From: Vicugna vicugna
Lineage: Eukaryota
DNA length: 64,000 nt
Assembly: GCA_013265495.1 (NCBI GenBank)
Contig: MU058650.1
Span: 709,394-773,393, forward strand
Direction of reading: 5' to 3'
The notes under the pieces are model-generated. The model was not told where the DNA came from. It searched no databases and saw nothing but the letters and a program-made list of their open reading frames with translations. Below are positions 36,788 to 48,462 of this stretch, piece by piece. A program made the translations under genes and the position numbers. Within the stretch, counting starts at the first letter, position 1. Each line of letters begins with the position of its first letter.

Positions 36788-38426
36788 GCATAGTTTTCTG
36801 TTTGGGAAAAGAAGAATTGTTAAGACTAAAGAGAAATTAAAAACCTAAAATGAATGGCTATTACCTCTTTTGCTGTTGAAAAAATGAAACTTCCTGGTAT
36901 ACAGTTGAAATATATATGATACTCTGGACTGGAGAGCAGTTCATCTGGTACAATGAAAGCATCACTGACCTTGATTCTAAATATTCATGATTCCATGAAC
37001 AACGAACTTTCGAGTAAATTTTTTAGTATCTGTTTACACCCAAAGTCTAAAGCACCTGATTAGATTAGAAAAAAAAAAAAAAGAAATACAGTTTCTTACT
37101 CAAAACATAAGATCTCACTTTTGTCTGGGTGCTAGACCTTAATAATACAAAATACATTTTATATTTAAAACATTCCACACAAGGATTCAACAGCAGACTA
37201 CAGCAAATGGGAGAAGGGATAAGTAAGCTCAAAGACCGGGCAGTGAAGTGTACCCGATCAGAGGATAAAGAAAGAAAAAGGAACAAAAAAGAGTGAAGAT
37301 AGCTCAGAGGACCTATGGCATACCTGTCAAGCAGAGCAGAGTTCCCATTACAGGAGTCCCAGAAGGAGAAGAGACAGAGAGAGGCAAAAGCTTATTCGAA
37401 GACCTGATGTCTGAAAACTTACCTAACATGGGTAAAAGAAATAGAAATCCAAATCCAGGAAGCCCAGAGTAATCCAAAACACAGAAATCTAAGGAGACCG
37501 ACACAGAGACACATTGTAGCAAAACTGTCCAAAGTTACAGGCACGGAGAGGATCTTAACAGCAGCAAGAGAAAAATGTGTTACCCACAAGGAAAGTCCCG
37601 TAAGACTTTTCAGCAGTTTTTCCAGCAAACCCTTTGCAGGTCAGAAGGGAATGGCATAATATATTCAAGGTGCTGAAAGAAAAGCAACTGACAACCAACA
37701 ACACTTTACCCAGAAAAGCTGCCCTTCAGAACAGAAGGGGAGATGAAGAGTTCTCCAGATCAGCGAAATCTGAAAGCGTTCATCACTTCTAGACTGGCCT
37801 TATACAAAATGTTAAGGGGACTTCTTTAAGCTGAAAAGAAAGGGTGCTAATTAGTAACAGGAAACATATGAAAGTATGTAAAGGTATGTGTGAAAGTAGG
37901 TAAAGATAAATAACACAGTTAAATTCAGAATACCCTTACGTTGTAATGGTGGCAGGGAAACCCTGCTACAACTACCCCGTGTTAAAGTATGTTACCTTCT
38001 TTTTGCAAAAAAGTAACTTGTCCAGGATCACAAACTTAGTGGTAGAATTTGAAGTCAAATTAAATTTGACCCCACCACTGCTAGCCTCCTTGCCCACTGC
38101 AGTGTTCCCTGGGAACCTGAGAAAAATTTGCTTGTTACATTGGGAGTTTCCGCTGAGGCTCCACCATAAGATAAACGTAAAATTCCAAAGGGATGTGTCA
38201 GAACGAGGAGCAGACTTTGAAAAGAAGTTGGACCCCTGTAAAGTCGCATCAAGGGTATGAAAGCATCAAGGCAGTGAAGGGTCAGAGAGGATATGTGAAA
38301 ACAGGAAGGAGCAACTGAGTGCTGTGAGAGCCACCGATTCCCCAAAGGGAAGGGGCAGCTCGAGGCTGCAGAGAGCACTTTCAGTGGGACGACTCATGCA
38401 GCCCAGCAGGTATCTTCTGAAGTTTA

Positions 38427-38561
38427 TATTGTTTGTTTTTTATGAGGGGGAGGTGATTAGGTTTCTTCATGGATTTCTGCTTGGAGGAGGTACTGGGGAT
38501 TGAACCCCTGACCTCTTGGGTGCAGATCATGCGCTCTACCACTTGAGCTACACCCTTCCCC
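38427..38561 (-). mobile_element. Vic-1-type SINE with perfect 16-bp TSD
   Basis: tRNA-like head; TSD tatcttctgaagttta at 38411-38426 and 38563-38578. Confidence 0.9.
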
Positions 38562-40044
38562 TTATCTTCTGAAGTTTAGAAGAAACAGTACACTAGAGTC
38601 TGACCCCTGCCTGAGAAATCTAAGGGGTGCTCAGCCATTACAATGTGACCAGCTGGGTGCCGCATGGTCACAGCCGAGGAAGCTGGGCTGGTTCACCCTG
38701 CAGTCCTGTTTTATGAGGCAAAGCACTGGTGAATGTTTTCCACGGACCGAACATGGGCCCCAGTGGTAGAGAGAGCCAGCCTGGACCCTGCCAGAATACT
38801 AGGGCTGACAGATTAGTGGCAACCAAGGAAGAGAATTCATCCCACACATTAAAGGCAGTATGGCCCAGCAGGAGAACCCCCCAACTGCCACTAATGAAGC
38901 CACAGGACAGTCAAGTTTTCTGTTTCTGCCAGACCCAGAGGTTACTGGAGGTCACCTGAAGACTTATTCAATGAAATTCTCCAGCCCCCTTTCCCCTTTC
39001 CCACTCCAAGCTCCAACTCCAACTTGGAGTCAGTCGTAAGAGGAGCTAGTGAAGGAGGAGGGAAAAAGATCAAGGAGAAGTGAAGTCAACCCCACCCTCT
39101 TCCAGCGTGGGCGGGGGTCCACCCACCGCAGGACCCGGCTGGCGAAGAGGAGACCTGCACCTGGAATGAAGGGCTTTCTAATAAACTGGACTGAACATTT
39201 TCAACTGTGGAATCAGGGCAACCTAGAGTTACCTACTATTAGGTAATATATGCTAATATTAATCAGGAAAGCTATGAGCCTGCCCCTTTCATCCAGGAGC
39301 ATGGGGAAAACTTGCTAACAAACTAAGGAAGACAAAATAAATTGCATTCAGCATCGTTGTCAACGTATCAATATATAAATACGCACTGGTGCCTACATCT
39401 CCCTCAGAAACCAAAGAAAGAACAGCTTCTTCATTTTTGCCCAAGATCTTACTTCCCCAAGGAGCTTCAACAAAAATCCATGGGAATCAAGTAGGAAAAG
39501 ACACATCCTATAGTGCTATCCATCATCCATCTGTAACTCAGGCACCCATTAATTCTCCTTCCCAATATAGCCTAAAACTCAAAACCTTCAGGAAAATTAA
39601 TGCATACAGATTGATGTCTCGTGGGCCTTCCCACCCACTCAGCAAACATGCACATTCATGCTCTAATCTCAGTGATGTCTTAGGGCAATACCCCTGCTAC
39701 ATGAGCAAATACTTAACCCCCAGTTGCTCACAAGAGGGGCAGAATTTCGGGGAAATTCTGGAAATCTGTGGGGACATTATTCTAACAGGTGTAGTTGTTC
39801 CCAAGAATTAATCCATAGAAATATGATCTTTTCTTCTCTTCTGTGCTACAACAGGGCATTCTATCAATTTTCTAAATTTCTATGTGTAAGTAGGTTATAC
39901 ATTTTCTATGGAGTTCATTCTGATATTAAAAATGGCATTAAAATATTTATTATGAAAATGGGAACTGTCTGATGTGACTGAAAACAATGGGACTCACTGC
40001 TTTATACCGTTTATCCTGTCAAATTTTCTCTTTGATTTGTACAT

Positions 40045-40810
40045 GCATTTTCCAAATTATTTATCATGAAAAATTTCACACATTCAAAAAGTCACAAGAA
40101 CAATACATCGAATACATTTGCTTTTCCTCTGGATTCACTAGTTTTAATACTTTGCTTCATTTGCACATGCACGTGTCCTCCTGTGCTTCAGCAAGCTCTC
40201 CTGCGTGATTTTCCCCCTTAAATCATTTGAGAGCTACTTCATTCTTTGACACTTCATCCCTAAACACTTCAACATGCATCTCCAAAGAACAAAAGCATTC
40301 GCCTACACAACACAATGCAATGATTACACTCAGAAAATTTAACGTTGATAAAAAACTATTATCTAAGATACAGTCCCCATTCAAATTTTGCCAGTTGTTC
40401 CGAAAAAATTTTGCCAACCATTCCTTATAGTTGTTTCCTTTCTTTTATTTTTGTTTTAAATACAGGAACTAATCAGGAAGCACCCATTGTATTTAGTTGT
40501 TGTATTTCTTTAGTTTTCACCCATCTAATCAGTTCACTAGCTCCTATGTCTTTTATGTCACTGACATTTTTGAAGAGTATTGACCATTTGTTTTACAGTG
40601 TATCGTGCAATTTGGATTGTTTCATGATGAGCAAATTGAGGTCAAACCTTTTTAGCTGGACTATTACATAAGTGATGCTGTGCGCTTCTCAATGCACCAC
40701 ATTCGAAGTAAAGGAAGCCATTTTATCCCATCAAGACAGAAATGCTAAATTTGGTCTTTTGGTTAAGGAAATAGCCACTAGGTTTTTTTCAATGAGAAAG
40801 TACTGGTTTG
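40045..40810 (-). mobile_element. Ancient L1 3' UTR remnant (L1MB-ME-like)
   Basis: ttatcatgaaaaatttcacacattcaaaaag...ctaaacacttcaacatgcatctcc. Confidence 0.55.
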
Positions 40811-41179
40811 TGTATGTATATAAAGTAAATTTTTAAAACTGGGGATCCTAGTGGTACTCTTCTAGAGAAGTTCTCAGCCCAAAAATGCAGGCAAGCCCGC
40901 TCTTCACTACTTTTTACTTGCTGTTATAAACATTCCCAGAAGCTCAGCCCTTAAGATGTTGCTAGTAAGTTACCTTAGCAATACTCCACATGACTGTATT
41001 GTTACCATTCATGTAAGAGATAGAGTATTTGTTCCAAAAAGGAGATGTTTAAGTAAATATGGTAGATGAAAGTCAACTATGAACATATATTTATTTCATG
41101 CTTTCTTGTATTCTGATAGAATCAACTCTACTCTCTACCACAAATCACATTTTAAATATGGCTGTATTTATGGCCCTAC

Positions 41180-42448
41180 CCATCAGAGGCCCAGGACCAA
41201 GCTTCACCCAGCAGTGGGCAGGCGCTGACTCCTCCTGCCAGGAAAACTGCATAAGCCTTTAATCCAGCCCCATCCACCAGCGGCAGATACCAGAAATAAG
41301 AAAACGACAATCCTAAAGCCTGTGGAAGGAATCCACAAACACAGGCCAGACTCTACACTGGGACCCGCTGGACCCTGGCCCTTGGGTGACAAGAGAGGAG
41401 TGTACTGCTGGGACGCATAGGACCCCTCCCACAGAAGGCCACCTCTCCAAGGCTGAGAAACATAACTAACCCACCTAAAAATACAAGTAGAAAGATAGAC
41501 AGTATGAAGCGACAGAGGAGTATCTCCCAGGCCAACGCACAAGATAAAATCCCAGAAGAAGAGATAAGTGATGAGGAGATAGGCAATCTATCTAAGAAAG
41601 AGTTTAAAGTAATGATGGCTAAGATGTTCAGAGAACTCAAGAGGAGGATAGATGCACAAAGTGAAGACTTTAGCAAAGAGCTGGAAAATATAAAGAATAC
41701 CCAAACAGAGGTGAGAATAAAATCGCTGAAATGAATAACACACTAGAAGGAACCAAGAACAGACTAAATGAGGCAGAAGAATGGATCAGTGAGATAGTAG
41801 ACTAGTGGAAATAACTACTGCAGAACAGAAAAAAGAGAACAAGATTGAAAAGGAATGAGGATAGTTTAAGAGAACTCTGGGACATGAAACACACTAATAT
41901 ATATTTGCATTATAAGGGTCCCAGAAAGAGAAGAGAGAGAGAAGGGACCTGAGAAAAAGTCTGGACAGATAATAACCGAAAACTTGCCCAACTTGGGAAA
42001 GGAAAACTCTCCCCCGAGTCCAGGAAGCAGAGCTCCACCCAGGATCAACCCAAAGAGGAGCACACCGAGGTAAACAGTAAACAAACTGACAGAAACTAAG
42101 GGTAAGGATAAAACACTAAAATCAGCAAGAGAAAAGCAACAAATCACATGCAACGCAACGTCCATACGGTTACCAGCTGACTTTTCAGCAGAAACTCTAC
42201 GGGATGGAAGGGAGTGTCAAGTTATATTTAAAGTGATAAAAGGGAAAACCTTACAACCAAGAATACTCTATCCAGCAAGGCTCTCGTTCAGATTTGATGG
42301 AGAAAGCAAAAGCTTCACAGATAAACAAAAGCTAAAAGATTTCAGCACCATCGAACCAACTTTACAACAAATGTTAAAGGAACTTCTCTAGGCATCAAAC
42401 CATAAGAAAAGAGAACAAAAAGGAGAAAGAGAAAAAAAGAGACCTATG
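41180..42448 (+). mobile_element. L1 5' UTR end and ORF1
   Basis: ORF1 N-terminus MKRQRSISQ...NLSKKEFKVMMAKMFRELKRR and a C-terminal QPRILYPARLSF-like segment. Confidence 0.88.
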
Positions 42449-42740
42449 AAAGACTGCTTTGCTGTTCGGGGTCCTTTGTGGTTCCTTATAAATTGTGAAA
42501 TTGTTTGTTATAGTTCTGTGAAAAATGTGAGCATATTAGCGGGGGTTGCATTGGATCTGTGGATTGCTTTGCATAGTATGGCCATGTTGATAATCTTGAT
42601 TCTTCCAATCCAAGAGCACAAGATATCTTTCCATTTTTTTTGTATCTTCAATTTCCTTCATCAGTGTTTTTCAATTTTCACAGCATAGGTAACCTCCTTA
42701 GTTAAGTTTATTTCCAGGTATTTTGTTGTTTTGACACATT
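42449..42740 (-). mobile_element. Inverted L1 ORF2 fragment abutting the plus-strand ORF1
   Basis: Similar to the minus-strand ORF2 segment at 53300-53600. Confidence 0.8.
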
Positions 42741-43059
42741 GGAAATGTTTATGCCAGTTATAAAATTTTGGTTTTTGAAGTGAAAAGAAAAAAAAAAGGA
42801 GTTGAAGGGCCACAAATGGCAAAATATCCTTCTTTCTCATGGCTGGAGTTGTATTCCATTACAGATACATGCTGCATCTTCTTTACCCATCATCTATTGA
42901 TGTGCACTTAGGAGCTTCCATATCTTGGCAATTAGAAAGAATGTTGCTGTTAATTTCCTAAATAGCAACAAAATTTTTAAAATAAAATAGTAAATAATGT
43001 ACGTTACATGGAGAAATAAACATAGAAAATGTAATAATTATAAAATTTTGTGACAGACT

Positions 43060-43910
43060 TGAGACCAAGAATTCAGTCATTTTAATAAATATAAATGGGT
43101 TTGACTCATCTATTAATGGAAAAGTGTTTCCAATTTGGCTCTCAGTGCAAGAACTAACAGTATGTTGCATCCAAGAAGCAAAGTGATTTAAGAAGGCTAA
43201 AAATAACAGGCTAGACAATGGAATGCCAGGTAAATGAAAACAGTAAGGAAGTAGGGGTATCAGGTAAAGTATAATCCAGGCCAAGAAAGGAAAAACGTGA
43301 CAAAGAAAGCCCTCTTTTAATGCCACAAGCCACAATTCACAATAAACACATTAATTATCTATGTACTAAGTAACACTGTAACCAGAGACGCAGGAAGACA
43401 AAGATAGAAATGCACCACTAATAGGAGACATTAACAAACAAAACAAAATAAGTGAACAAAAAAAAATGTGTATGTATACAGAAGACCTCACCAATAAGGT
43501 AGATTTTATGACTATAAATCAAACTGTACATCCTGACAGTAGACTATAAACTATCTGCAGTATACATAAACTCACAACACTGTGAACTGACTATAACTCA
43601 ATAAAAAAAATATATAAACTATTCATAAAAATTGATGATATATGAGGTCACAATATTCCATAAAGTAGAAATATTAACAAAAATTATCTGATCACATTGT
43701 AATAATATTAGAAATTATTACTCAATTCAAAAAGCAAAAATGAGCTTCTACTGAAATAAATAAACCTTATTTTAAACAACCCTTGGGTGAAATGAGAAAT
43801 ACAAACTGAAATGAACATTTTCTAAAAATAATAAAACACTTTCTATCAGAATCTATTACCTATACTTAAAAGAGTAAGCAGAAAAATATTGATCAACAAA
43901 AGAATTAAGA
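43060..43910 (+). mobile_element. Ancient L1 ORF2 endonuclease-region remnant
   Basis: Degenerate endonuclease-domain sequence (aatataaatgggtttgactc, ataggagacattaac, tctgatcacattg). Confidence 0.65.
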
Positions 43911-43917
43911 ATAAATT

Positions 43918-44085
43918 GGGGGGTGTATAGCTAAGTTGTAGAGCATGTGCCTAGCAGGCACAATGTCCTGGGTTCCATCCTCAGTACCTCTACTAAAAAC
44001 AAACAAATAAACCTGTTTACCTCCCCCTTCAAAACAAAACAGTACAAGACACATAAGACAGAAAATAAAGAAAAAATATTTTTTA
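43918..44085 (+). mobile_element. Vic-1-type SINE
   Basis: GGGGGGTGTATAGCTAAGTTGTAGAGC...CCTGGGTTCCATCCTCAGTACC plus A-rich tail, inserted in an old L1. Confidence 0.85.
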
Positions 44086-44460
44086 AAAAGAATCAATGAA
44101 TTAAATCCATAAATTAAGGAAAGACTTGATGAATTTACTAAATTTTCATAATTGCACTAAATACTCCAAATTTGAGAAGAATCAAACTCAGTCATTATCC
44201 ACAACTTTTTCCTCTTTTTTGCCTCCCTTTTCTTATTGAGAAAATAGTGTAAATGGCTGGAGATAAATGGGGTAACGGAGGAAAAGCAGACAATGGAGAT
44301 GACTTTTGAGGTGAATGCTCCAGTGCTGTACACTGAATTGACAAATAATTCAAACCCACAGATCTTTCCCAGTGGGAATGGGAGAGATTCCTGCTAAACA
44401 ACATGAACCCTAACGCAGAATATCTAATATCTTAGAGAAAGACTACAGAGCTCAGCAATT

Positions 44461-44631
44461 AAAGAAAATTTTTTTCCTTACAGTTTTACTGAGATAATTG
44501 ACATACAGCATGGTATACTTTTTTTTTTGTCTGTGTTGGGGGGAGGTAATTAGGTTTTATTTTTTTTAAATGGAGGTACTGGGGACTGAACCCAGGACCT
44601 CGTGCTTGCTAGGGACACAGTCTACCGTTGA
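44461..44631 (-). mobile_element. 5'-truncated Vic-1-type SINE joined to a short L1 3'-end segment
   Basis: SINE at 44520-44631 and L1-tail-like segment at 44461-44519, both inside the 12-bp direct repeat agctcagcaatt (44449-44460 and 44632-44643). Confidence 0.7.
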
Positions 44632-44703
44632 AGCTCAGCAATTCTAACAAAACATCTCACTACCCTTCCACTCTCCTCCCTTCCCCACAATTCCCTTTTT
44701 TGG

Positions 44704-44984
44704 TAGGTCACAGATTCTGATAGAAAGTGTTTTACTATTTTTAGAAAATGTTCGTTTCAGTTTGTATTTCTCATTTCACCCAAGGGTAATTTAAAATAAG
44801 GTTTATTAATTTCAATAGAAGTTCATTTTTCCTTTTTGAATTTAGTAATAATTTCTAATACTACTACATTGTGATCAGATAATTTTTATTAGTATTTCTA
44901 CCTTATGGAATGTTGCGACCTCATGTATGATCAACTTGTATGAATAGTTTATATACACTTTGGATAGTTTATAGTCTCCTATCA
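44704..44984 (-). repeat. Inverted copy of 43534-43862
   Basis: The reverse complement aligns co-linearly with 43534-43862, except for a 38-bp insertion plus TSD in the left copy. Confidence 0.92.
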
Positions 44985-45427
44985 CATTGATTCTAGGTAT
45001 TCAATGCTTCATGACAAAATGTCACGGTTCAGCTCCAAAAAATCAACACCTTTGAAAAAAGGTTACTACAAAAATGTCTTTCGTATAAAAAATGAAGTAG
45101 GAGTACTCTTAGAGACCGTGGCCATATTTTCTAAGTACAGGGTTTTCTCCTCACATCAAGTGTAAGAACAAAGAAAAATGAAGAAACTTAGATAAAGTGG
45201 GACAACAGAATGCGCTCCTGAAACTAAGAGCACTCACATTATTTAATACTTTGTAAGAAGCAATACCACCCAAAATGATGATTTGGCTACATTTTTTAAC
45301 TTGCACGCAAACCCCAAACACCTGTATACTGTATTTTTTGGAATAACTACTTTTAAAATCACCAAAATTCAAAGACATTATTTAAAAGTCCAGAAATAGA
45401 AACAAATCATGAATATGTTATGCTTCA

Positions 45428-45449
45428 TTTAATTCTTTTTTCCTTTAAT
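45428..45449 (-). terminator. CWF19L2: Candidate CWF19L2 polyadenylation signals (two ATTAAA hexamers)
   Basis: ATTAAA on the minus strand at 45444-45449 and 45428-45433, about 500 nt after the stop codon, in AT-rich context. Confidence 0.55.
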
Positions 45450-45932
45450 AAAAAGAATAGCAGTATTACATTCGCTATTGGTAGAAAGTTAAGAGCTTCT
45501 ATAAAATGCTATGAAAAGAAATGTTAATTATTACTGAATATGCCAACTCTTATTTTAAAAAATGCAAAAGAAACCAGTCAACAGACTTTACAACCTTGAA
45601 TGAGATCCACTTCCCTATAAAGCAATGATTTGCTCTACTTCTTGGATAATCCTTAAAGGAAAGTCTGTATTGTTCAGAACACCAAGACACAGGTACAGAA
45701 TAGGATGCGAACGGCTCATTCAGGGTCTCTGGTCTTGTTCCACGGTTGCTACAGTGAAGTCCACCGGAGCAGGTAGGGCAGGAAACTGACACAGTGAAAT
45801 GATACACAGTTGTCAGAAACCCAGATCATGACTCTCTTTCCCTGTAACCTGAGGGTCAGCTGTTTAGTTGGATGCAATGGAAACAGAACTGAAAGAAACC
45901 CGAAATGGAAATTAAAAAATGAAGGGTATGAC

Positions 45933-46076
45933 TCAACAGTTTTTACTTCTGGTGAAGTCAAATGGTTTCCACCACTGAGCAAACTGCAGTGCTTTCTTCC
46001 TCTGATCCTCAAAGCTTTCTTGGATCCCCTTCCTCCAGAGTCTTGGTTCTATATCCAGCATCCCACCAATGATTTC
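45933..46076 (-). CDS. CWF19L2: CWF19L2 terminal coding exon ([17 protein letters not shown]...[13 protein letters not shown])
   Basis: Acceptor TTCTTTTAAAG, 47 codons then TGA; matches the CWF19L2 C-terminus. Confidence 0.97.
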   Translation of the reverse strand, partial: EIIGGMLDIEPRLWRKGIQESFEDQRKKALQFAQWWKPFDFTRSKNC

Positions 46077-47031
46077 CTTTAAAAGAATGAGAAAAATAAA
46101 AGCGTGTGCACACACAAATACTGAAAACAGTAATGCCACTCTTCTGTTCTTTCTGTTACCAAATATAACATTAAGTAGTTCTCCGTGAGGATGTTCAAAT
46201 TTTACACAAATATTAGTCTCAAGTTAAAAAAAAATTGTTTTCACTTAGTTCTAACTATGCAAACCCTGTGATTCCAGGAGTCCTAGCTGTGTCTCCTGTC
46301 AAGTAATTTGTCCTTCTCTGTTTCTTGTTAGCGCATCTATCAGACAGCAGCAAAGAGGAGGAAGAGAAAATGAAATTTAATTCCTTTGGTCCTTATCAGC
46401 TGCTCTGGTAAAAGTTTGAAGAAGCAGTTGATCAACAAAGTAGCAATTATTAACTTGGTTGTTCAACTGCAGTTCAATCTCAGGCTAATGTTCTCTCTAC
46501 CACCCAGTATATTCGTAAGACAGTTTCTCCTACTATTAGCTGGAGATCTTTTTTCAGGAAACAAAATCATATTTAAATATTAATCTAAGTAAACTAAGTA
46601 TTAAAAATTATAAATCACCTTCATTTAAAAAGTCACATTCCCAAGCCCTGAAAGGAATGGATTTTTAATCATCTGATTTTTATTATTCTAAATCATTTCC
46701 TTCATAATCCCCTTCCTTTGCTATCAGCTACAGAAACTAATCAAATATGTGCTCATGAATATCTACGTATGGAAAGATATGGGGAAATTTGTGATGCTTC
46801 ACAGAAGAGAAGTAATGGTAACACAAGAAAACCCTAGGCTGAGGACTGAACTCTGCATATTCAGTCTAGGTCACAGGACTGTGTGGTGAGACCTGGAGTG
46901 TAACCTCTCTCACACATAGGTTCTTCATTTTAATAAACATACTAAGGGGACCTCGTGTGTCCAAGCATGGACCAAATACAGCAGGGGATAGAAAGATAAC
47001 TAACACACATTGCTCTGTCTTCAGAAAGCTC

Positions 47032-47168
47032 ATAGCATTTAATGTGAAAAAGAATATAAAAACAAATATATGTATATAGATGCATGACTAGGACATTATC
47101 CTGTGTACCAGAAACCGACACACTGTAACTGACTATACTTACAATTAAAGGAAGGAAGGAAGGAAGGA
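47032..47168 (+). mobile_element. Short L1 3' end with (GGAA)n tail in the last CWF19L2 intron
   Basis: Matches the L1 3' UTR seen at 1980-2090. Confidence 0.75.
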
Positions 47169-48360
47169 AAAGAAATCTCCAAATTAAATTTATGCAAATA
47201 AAAAAATGAATATTTTACTTCATTTTCACTAGAATCAAGCTTTTTAAAAAAATATAGCCATAAAACCTCAAGTTATAAAGCTCTGTTTAATAAGGGCAGA
47301 ATTTTTAAGAGCAATGAAAACTAACTTCTTTCTAGTTAACTCTGGGAAAAGATATTCTGAAAAATAATCAGACAAGTAATCTATCTCAACAGTTCACAGA
47401 AAATGTGATTTGGGGCCTCCGGTTAGCCCTTTAAGGATAACAGCATAAAAATGTTTGAATCCAAACCTATTCATTGTAGAAAATGACCTTACACAGGAGA
47501 TGAAAGCGGGTGGGGAGAACAGGGAACCCTGGGCAGAGCTCACCTAAGCTCCTCTAATTCAGAGGACGATACGAGTAGAGAGGCCTGAGCTAGGCCAGAC
47601 CGAAAGGCCACTTCTAGAGCTGTTATTGCCCAGACATTTTTGACCCCTTCAGTGGCCACGTTAACTTCATTCTAGTCCCCGATACTTACATACTCCCCAG
47701 GTGTTCAGTAGACCTTAAGGTTAAGGGCTACCCTAGAAGGCAGTCTTTAGTGACGGAAAGAATCCAGCACCGACTGCAAGATCTGTACTCTAATATCTGC
47801 CCAGAAGCCATCTGTGTGAGAAGAGGGATCAATTCTTCTGGGGCCCTGTGGTGTAAGTGAGTTAGGGGTGAGGGCATCTGCTCTCTAACTCAGGCATGAG
47901 CTACGTGTTACACACCCCTTGGTTCTGTCACTTGTTATAATGCACATGACCCTGGGGACGTTAGATAGCCTCTCTATAGCTCAGTTTCATCACCTGTTAA
48001 ATAAAAGTATAAAAATATTTCCTTAATAGAGTCACAGTGAGCATTAAATGAGTTCTCAGAACAGCACCCGGCTCATCAGTTATCATCATTCTCAGCAGAA
48101 GCCTGGCTGAGTCCACAGGAAAACACTACACGGACTGTTGACACTGGCAACAAATGTTTGGTTCCAAAGCGATATTCCTGACTGTTACAGAAACTCTGGG
48201 ATATAATTTATTAATAATTTCCAAGTACTCCCTCTGAATACTGAGTGGAACAGTAGCCACCAACTTCAGAGTACACTGTGCCCAAAGCTGTGGCTTCCCT
48301 TCAAAAGAAAAGTGTTACAAAATTGCTGAACTCTGGAATTTTATTAAATTGTGAGCATAC

Positions 48361-48462
48361 CTTTCCAAAGTAATGAGGGAATTTGTGTTGATCTTCAATG
48401 ACGTGGGCAAACCCTCCTTGGAGGCCAAAATTCACAGAGAAGTAAGGTAAGCCTCTGGGTAC
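48361..48462 (-). CDS. CWF19L2: CWF19L2 penultimate coding exon ([34 protein letters not shown])
   Basis: 102 bp, acceptor TTATTTAG, donor GTATGC, phase 0. Confidence 0.97.

Larger units (their letters stand above)
34464..37985 (+). mobile_element. Old L1 5' UTR and ORF1, interrupted by three later insertions
   Basis: CAAGATG-type L1 start; ORF1 remnants at 36430-36680 and 37170-37850; interrupted by an LTR, an L1 3' piece and a U6 chimera. Confidence 0.8.
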
